Shown one piece after another: positions 59,797-64,000 of a stretch of DNA of 64,000 bases. Location of the stretch: positions 6,648-70,647 of the forward strand of contig JBFLVV010000011.1 of assembly GCA_040758275.1 (NCBI GenBank). Reading direction: 5' to 3'. The DNA comes from Pseudomonadota bacterium (GTDB lineage: Bacteria > Pseudomonadota > Gammaproteobacteria > Burkholderiales > Burkholderiaceae_D). Position 1 is the stretch's first letter. Every line of letters starts with the position of its first letter. The position numbers and the translations under genes were made by a program. Under the pieces are notes generated by a model. It was not told the DNA's origin. It did not search any database and saw nothing but the letters and a program-made list of their open reading frames with translations.

Positions 59797-62441
59797 GCCA
59801 TCGTCCATTGCTGGGTCCTTTCGCGCGCCTGCTGCTGGGCGCCGTGCTGGCCATCGCCACCGCCTCGGCCATGGCGGCTTCGCCAGGCCAGATCCTCATC
59901 GACAAGGGCTGGACCTTCCGCCTGCTGCCGGGCAGCGCCCAGGCGGACGCCCATCTGGAAGCGGCGCCATGGCGTGCGGCGACCGTGCCGGGCACCGTGC
60001 ACACCGACCTGTTCGCACACAAGGTCATCGCCGACCCCTATGTCGGCGCCCCCGAGGCCGGCCTGCAGTGGATCGGCCTGGCGGACTGGGAATACCAGAC
60101 GCGCTTCGATGCGCCGCGTGATGTGCTGGGACGGGCACGCAGTGACCTCGTATTCAAGGGCCTCGATACCTATGCCGAGGTCTGGCTCAATGGCGAGCAG
60201 CTCCTGAAGGCCGACAACGCCCACCGTACCTGGCGCCTGCCGGTCCAGGGTAAGCTGCGCGCAAAGGGCAACGAGCTGCGCATCGTGTTCCGCTCGCCGA
60301 TCGCGACCCTGCTCCCGCAGGTGCAGGCGATGCCGAACAAGATCGCCGGTAACTATCCTTCCCCGTATGGCGACGAGCCGAAAGACGCGATGACCGGCAA
60401 TTTCGCACGCAAGCCGGCCTACCATTACGGCTGGGACTGGGGGCCGCGTTACGTGACCGCCGGCATCAGCAAGCCCGTCGTGCTGCAAAGCTGGGATACG
60501 GTCCGCATCGAGGACCTGCAGCTGCGCCAGGACCACGTGGATGCCGCGCGCGCCGAAGTCGCCGCGATCGCCACCCTGGATGCGGTGCGCGATGGCGCGG
60601 CCACGCTGCGCCTGTGGCAGACGGCGCCGGGCGGCAAGCGTAACCTGGCGGCGCAGCAGGAAGTGCGCTTGCGTGCGGGCGCCAACCGCATCGAGCTGCC
60701 GGTCCGGATCGATCAGCCGCAGCGCTGGTTCCCGACCGGCTATGGCGCCCAGCCGCTGTACCGCTACGAGCTGGAAGTGGGCGAGGGCAAGGCGACCGTG
60801 GCCAAGCTGGCCGCGCGCACCGGCCTGCGCAGCGTGGTGCTGCGCCGCGACCCGGACGAGAAGGGCAAGAGCTTCTACTTCCTCGTCAACGGCATCCCGG
60901 TCTTCGCCAAGGGCGCGAATACCATCCCCTTCGACATGTTCCAGCCGCGTGTGACGAGGGCGCAGCTGCGCCGGGTGCTGGAGTCGGCGCGCGATGCGAA
61001 CATGAACATGCTGCGCAGCTGGGGCGGCGGCTATTACGAGAACGACGATTTCTTCGAGCTGGCCGACGAGCTGGGCCTGATGGTCTGGCAGGACTTCATG
61101 TTCGGCGGCGGCATGCAGCCGGCCTACGACGACGCCTTCCGCGGCAGCGTGGTGGCGGAGGCGCGCGACCAGGTGCGGCGCCTGCGCAACCATCCGAGCG
61201 TCGTCCTCTGGTGCGGCAACAACGAGGAAGAGATCGCGTGGAAGTACTGGGGACACGGCAAGGACCTGAAGAAGGCCGATCCCGCTTTCGCGGACAAGGT
61301 CTGGAAGGGCTATGTGCAGCTCTTCGGCGGCGATTTGCGCCAGGTGGTGGCGGAAGAAGGCGGCGGCATCGGCTACTGGTCCAGTTCCCCCGGTGACGAC
61401 CTGGCGGAAGTGGCCAACACCCCGGCCAGCGGCGACATGCACTACTGGGAAGTCTGGGGCAACCCGGCGCATCCGGTCACGAAATACCTGGAGATCACGC
61501 CGCGCTTCATGTCCGAGTTCGGCCTGCAGGCCTGGCCGGTGCAGCGTACGGTCGACGCTTTCGCGAAGCGCGCGGAGCAGGGCGTGGCCACGCCGGTGAT
61601 CGAGGCGCACCAGAAGTTCCTGGCGGGTAAAGGCAACGAACGCCTGATGAAGTATGTGAAGGACGAATTCGGCGAACCGACGGATTTCGGCCGCTTCATC
61701 TACCTGAGCCAGGTGATGCAGGCCGAGGGCATCGAGCTGGCGGCCCTGCACCACCGCGCCAGCCGTCCCTTCACCATGGGTTCCCTGTACTGGCAGCTGA
61801 ACGACGTGTGGCCGGGGGCCTCCTGGTCGAGCATCGACTGGTTCGGCCGCTGGAAGGCGCTGCAGTTCCATGCGCGCCGCTTCTTTGCACCGGTGGCGGT
61901 GTCCGCGCTGCGTAACGCAGCCGGCAAGACGCAGGTACACCTGCTGAACGACCGCACCCAGGCCGTGCGCGGCGAACTGCGCCTGCGCGTGATGACGCTC
62001 GACGGTGCCATCTTGCGCGACGAGCGCAAGCCGGTCGAGATGGCGCCGCTGTCGGCATCGAGGGTCGCGGACTACGTGGACGCCGACCTGCTCGGCCGGG
62101 CCGACCCGGCATCCACCGTGGCGGTCTTCGAGCTGCGCGCGGAAGGCGAACCGGCTTCGCGCCGCGTGGTGTACTTCAAGGCGGCCAAGGACATGGCATG
62201 GCCAGAGCCCGGCCTGCAGGCGCAATGGCGCAGCAAAGGCGGCGCCTATGTGCTCGAGCTGCAGGCGGCGACCCTGGTGCGGGGCCTGTGGATCGATGCG
62301 GGCGAGGCCGAGGTGTCGGACAATGCCCTGACCCTGCTGCCAGGGGAACGCGTCAGCCTGCGTGTGTCGTCGAAGGCCGGCCTGGCTGCTCTGCGCAAGG
62401 GCTTGCGCCTGCAAACCATGACAAAAGACATCGCCTATTAA
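59793..62441 (+). CDS. Secreted GH2 beta-mannosidase
   Basis: Signal peptide, [41 protein letters not shown] (acid/base), FMSEFG (nucleophile) and YWQLND.W. GTGA overlap with the halogenase stop. Confidence 0.9.
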   Translation: MSHRPLLGPFARLLLGAVLAIATASAMAASPGQILIDKGWTFRLLPGSAQADAHLEAAPWRAATVPGTVHTDLFAHKVIADPYVGAPEAGLQWIGLADWEYQTRFDAPRDVLGRARSDLVFKGLDTYAEVWLNGEQLLKADNAHRTWRLPVQGKLRAKGNELRIVFRSPIATLLPQVQAMPNKIAGNYPSPYGDEPKDAMTGNFARKPAYHYGWDWGPRYVTAGISKPVVLQSWDTVRIEDLQLRQDHVDAARAEVAAIATLDAVRDGAATLRLWQTAPGGKRNLAAQQEVRLRAGANRIELPVRIDQPQRWFPTGYGAQPLYRYELEVGEGKATVAKLAARTGLRSVVLRRDPDEKGKSFYFLVNGIPVFAKGANTIPFDMFQPRVTRAQLRRVLESARDANMNMLRSWGGGYYENDDFFELADELGLMVWQDFMFGGGMQPAYDDAFRGSVVAEARDQVRRLRNHPSVVLWCGNNEEEIAWKYWGHGKDLKKADPAFADKVWKGYVQLFGGDLRQVVAEEGGGIGYWSSSPGDDLAEVANTPASGDMHYWEVWGNPAHPVTKYLEITPRFMSEFGLQAWPVQRTVDAFAKRAEQGVATPVIEAHQKFLAGKGNERLMKYVKDEFGEPTDFGRFIYLSQVMQAEGIELAALHHRASRPFTMGSLYWQLNDVWPGASWSSIDWFGRWKALQFHARRFFAPVAVSALRNAAGKTQVHLLNDRTQAVRGELRLRVMTLDGAILRDERKPVEMAPLSASRVADYVDADLLGRADPASTVAVFELRAEGEPASRRVVYFKAAKDMAWPEPGLQAQWRSKGGAYVLELQAATLVRGLWIDAGEAEVSDNALTLLPGERVSLRVSSKAGLAALRKGLRLQTMTKDIAY

Positions 62442-62496
62442 CAAAAGTTTGTTTACTAAAAATGAGCTAAAAAAGCCGCGCTTTACGCAACTGCGG

Positions 62497-62526
62497 TTGA
62501 CGCTGCCAAAACGCCGCTGATATAAA
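62497..62526 (+). promoter_or_regulatory. Sigma70-like promoter of the LacI gene
   Basis: TTGACG-N18-TATAAA. Confidence 0.55.
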
Positions 62527-62622
62527 AACTGACTATGAAAAGGAGTGGCGCGAAGGCGCCCTCCGACAGCAGGAAGACGCGCTACAAAACGCGTTTAATA
62601 AAACAAAGACTGGAGACTTTTC

Positions 62623-62670
62623 ATGCACGTCATTTCGCTGCATGGCCGGCGCCTGGAGCTGCGGCCATGA
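62623..62670 (+). CDS. Candidate 15-aa leader ORF MHVISLHGRRLELRP coupled to LacI
   Basis: TGGAGA SD 6 nt upstream of ATG 62623; TGA 62668-62670 overlaps the LacI ATG (ATGA). Confidence 0.4.
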   Translation: MHVISLHGRRLELRP

Positions 62671-63653
62671 GCCAGGTAACCCTGCGCGACATCGCGGAAA
62701 CCACCGGCCTGTCGATCGGCACGGTCTCGCGCGCGCTGAAGAACCAGGCCGGCATGACCGAAGTCACCCGCGACAAGGTGCGCGAGGCGGCCCTGCGCCT
62801 GGGCTATGACTTCTCGCAGCTGAAAAAGGGACGCATCCGCCGCATCGCCTTCCTGCTCCACAGCCAGCACAACACCCTGGCCTCCAGCCCCTTCTTCTCG
62901 CCCGTCCTGCACGGCGCCGAGGAGGCCTGCCGCCGCGAAGGCGTGGCCCTGTCCTTCATCGCGGTCGGTCCTGCCGAACCGGTGCTGGGCCAGATCCGCC
63001 TGCACCAGCCCGACGCCATTATCTGCGCCGGCTTCTTCGAACCCGAAGTGCTGGCCGCCCTGCAGCAGGTCGGCAAACCCATGGTGCTGGTCGACATGCA
63101 CCGGCGCGGCTTCACCTCGGTCAATCCGGACAATCTGCGCGGCGGCTATCTCGCCACCCAGCACCTGCTGCGCACCGGCCGCAAGCGCATCGCCATGCTC
63201 TCCGGCTCGCTGGCCCACTACAGCATCCAGCAGCGCAACCGGGGCTTCCGCCAGGCCCTGTTCGACGCCAAGGTCCACGCCGACCCCGACCTCGAAGTCA
63301 TCGTGCCCTCGATGGGCGAGGGCGACGAGGCCGTGGCCGAAGCCATGCGCAGCCTGCTCAGCCTTCCGAAGCGCGCCGACGCGGTGTTCTGCTACAACGA
63401 CAGCACGGCGCTGGCCGCCATGAAGTTCTGCCTGAACGAAGGCCTGAAGGTCCCCTACGACATCGCGATCGTCGGCTTCGACGACATCGCCGCGGCGGCT
63501 GCCGCGATTCCCCCATTGAGCACGGTACGCGTCGACAAGGAAGCGCTGGGCCGGGCCGGGGTCGAGCTCTTGCTCCACAAGCCAGACGAACAGCCATCCC
63601 AGATTACCGTGCCGGTCGAGATGATCGTGCGCGAGAGCAGTTACGACGATTAG
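62667..63653 (+). CDS. LacI family transcriptional regulator
   Basis: VTLRDIAETTGLSIGTVSRAL HTH, DNLRGGYLATQHL, AVFCYND, VGFDDI and LSTVRVD. Confidence 0.94.
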   Translation: MSQVTLRDIAETTGLSIGTVSRALKNQAGMTEVTRDKVREAALRLGYDFSQLKKGRIRRIAFLLHSQHNTLASSPFFSPVLHGAEEACRREGVALSFIAVGPAEPVLGQIRLHQPDAIICAGFFEPEVLAALQQVGKPMVLVDMHRRGFTSVNPDNLRGGYLATQHLLRTGRKRIAMLSGSLAHYSIQQRNRGFRQALFDAKVHADPDLEVIVPSMGEGDEAVAEAMRSLLSLPKRADAVFCYNDSTALAAMKFCLNEGLKVPYDIAIVGFDDIAAAAAAIPPLSTVRVDKEALGRAGVELLLHKPDEQPSQITVPVEMIVRESSYDD

Positions 63654-63678
63654 TCCCCACCCGCCCTTACACGACAAT

Positions 63679-64000
63679 ATGACCACTCTCCCGAACTTCC
63701 GCAGCCCGGACGTCCTGCTCGACCACGCGCGCCACACGATGCGCTTCTACCATCCGCGCGCGATCGACCCCCAAGGGGGCATGTTCCACTACTTCAAGGA
63801 CGACGGCGCGGTCTATGACGCCAGCCACCGCCACCTGGTGAGCAGCACGCGCTTCGTGTTCACCTATGCGATGGCCTACCGCCACTTCCAGGACCCGGCC
63901 TACCTCGAGGGCCTGAAGCACGCGGTGCGTTTCGTGCGCGAGGCCCATCGCGCCTCGGACGGTGACGGCTATGCCTGGATGCTCGACGGGGGCAAGATCG
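63679..64000 (+). CDS. AGE family epimerase/isomerase (mannose isomerase-like), 3'-truncated by the window end
   Basis: Hand translation gives MTTLPNFRSPDVLLDHARHTMRFYHPRAIDPQGGMFHYFKDDGAVYDASHRHLVSSTRFVFTYAMA, the typical YihS/AGE N-terminus. Confidence 0.85.
   Translation, partial: MTTLPNFRSPDVLLDHARHTMRFYHPRAIDPQGGMFHYFKDDGAVYDASHRHLVSSTRFVFTYAMAYRHFQDPAYLEGLKHAVRFVREAHRASDGDGYAWMLDGGKI

Noticed and set aside
62535-62666. 44-aa N-terminal extension of LacI
   Set aside because: The HTH begins immediately after ATG 62667, and the extension starts only 8 nt after the -10 hexamer with no SD.

Overview
High-GC betaproteobacterial chromosome segment. Gene content and the GTAG-type REPs suggest Oxalobacteraceae (Massilia-like); this is inferred, not searched. 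From left to right: (1) a chitin/GlcNAc locus with a 5'-truncated TonB-dependent receptor, a tryptophan-halogenase-like gene, two GntR/UTRA regulators, a GH18, a GH3 NagZ, a candidate sRNA and a FucP/NagP-type MFS transporter; (2) an orphan T6SS module of vgrG, an AT-rich DUF3380-like muramidase effector and an SH3-containing putative immunity protein; (3) DUF2076, a LytTR two-component system with a small membrane partner, and a GNAT; (4) a complete reductive pyrimidine catabolism operon with RutR-like and MocR-like regulators; (5) MgtC, a NarL-type two-component system and a beta-barrel protein; (6) urate/allantoate genes (OHCU decarboxylase-allantoate amidohydrolase fusion, LysR, puuD) plus an M20 protein that has lost three of five canonical metal ligands; (7) a 742-aa secreted protein of unknown function, an S9 peptidase and a 36-aa ORF missing from the ORF track; (8) nasTS and a sigma54/NtrC/ANTAR-controlled nitrate assimilation operon; (9) a mannoside locus with a second receptor plus halogenase-like gene, GH2, LacI with a coupled 15-codon uORF and a 3'-truncated AGE epimerase. 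No rRNA, tRNA, CRISPR array or transposase was seen. All family calls come from motif recognition by eye; no database search was run.
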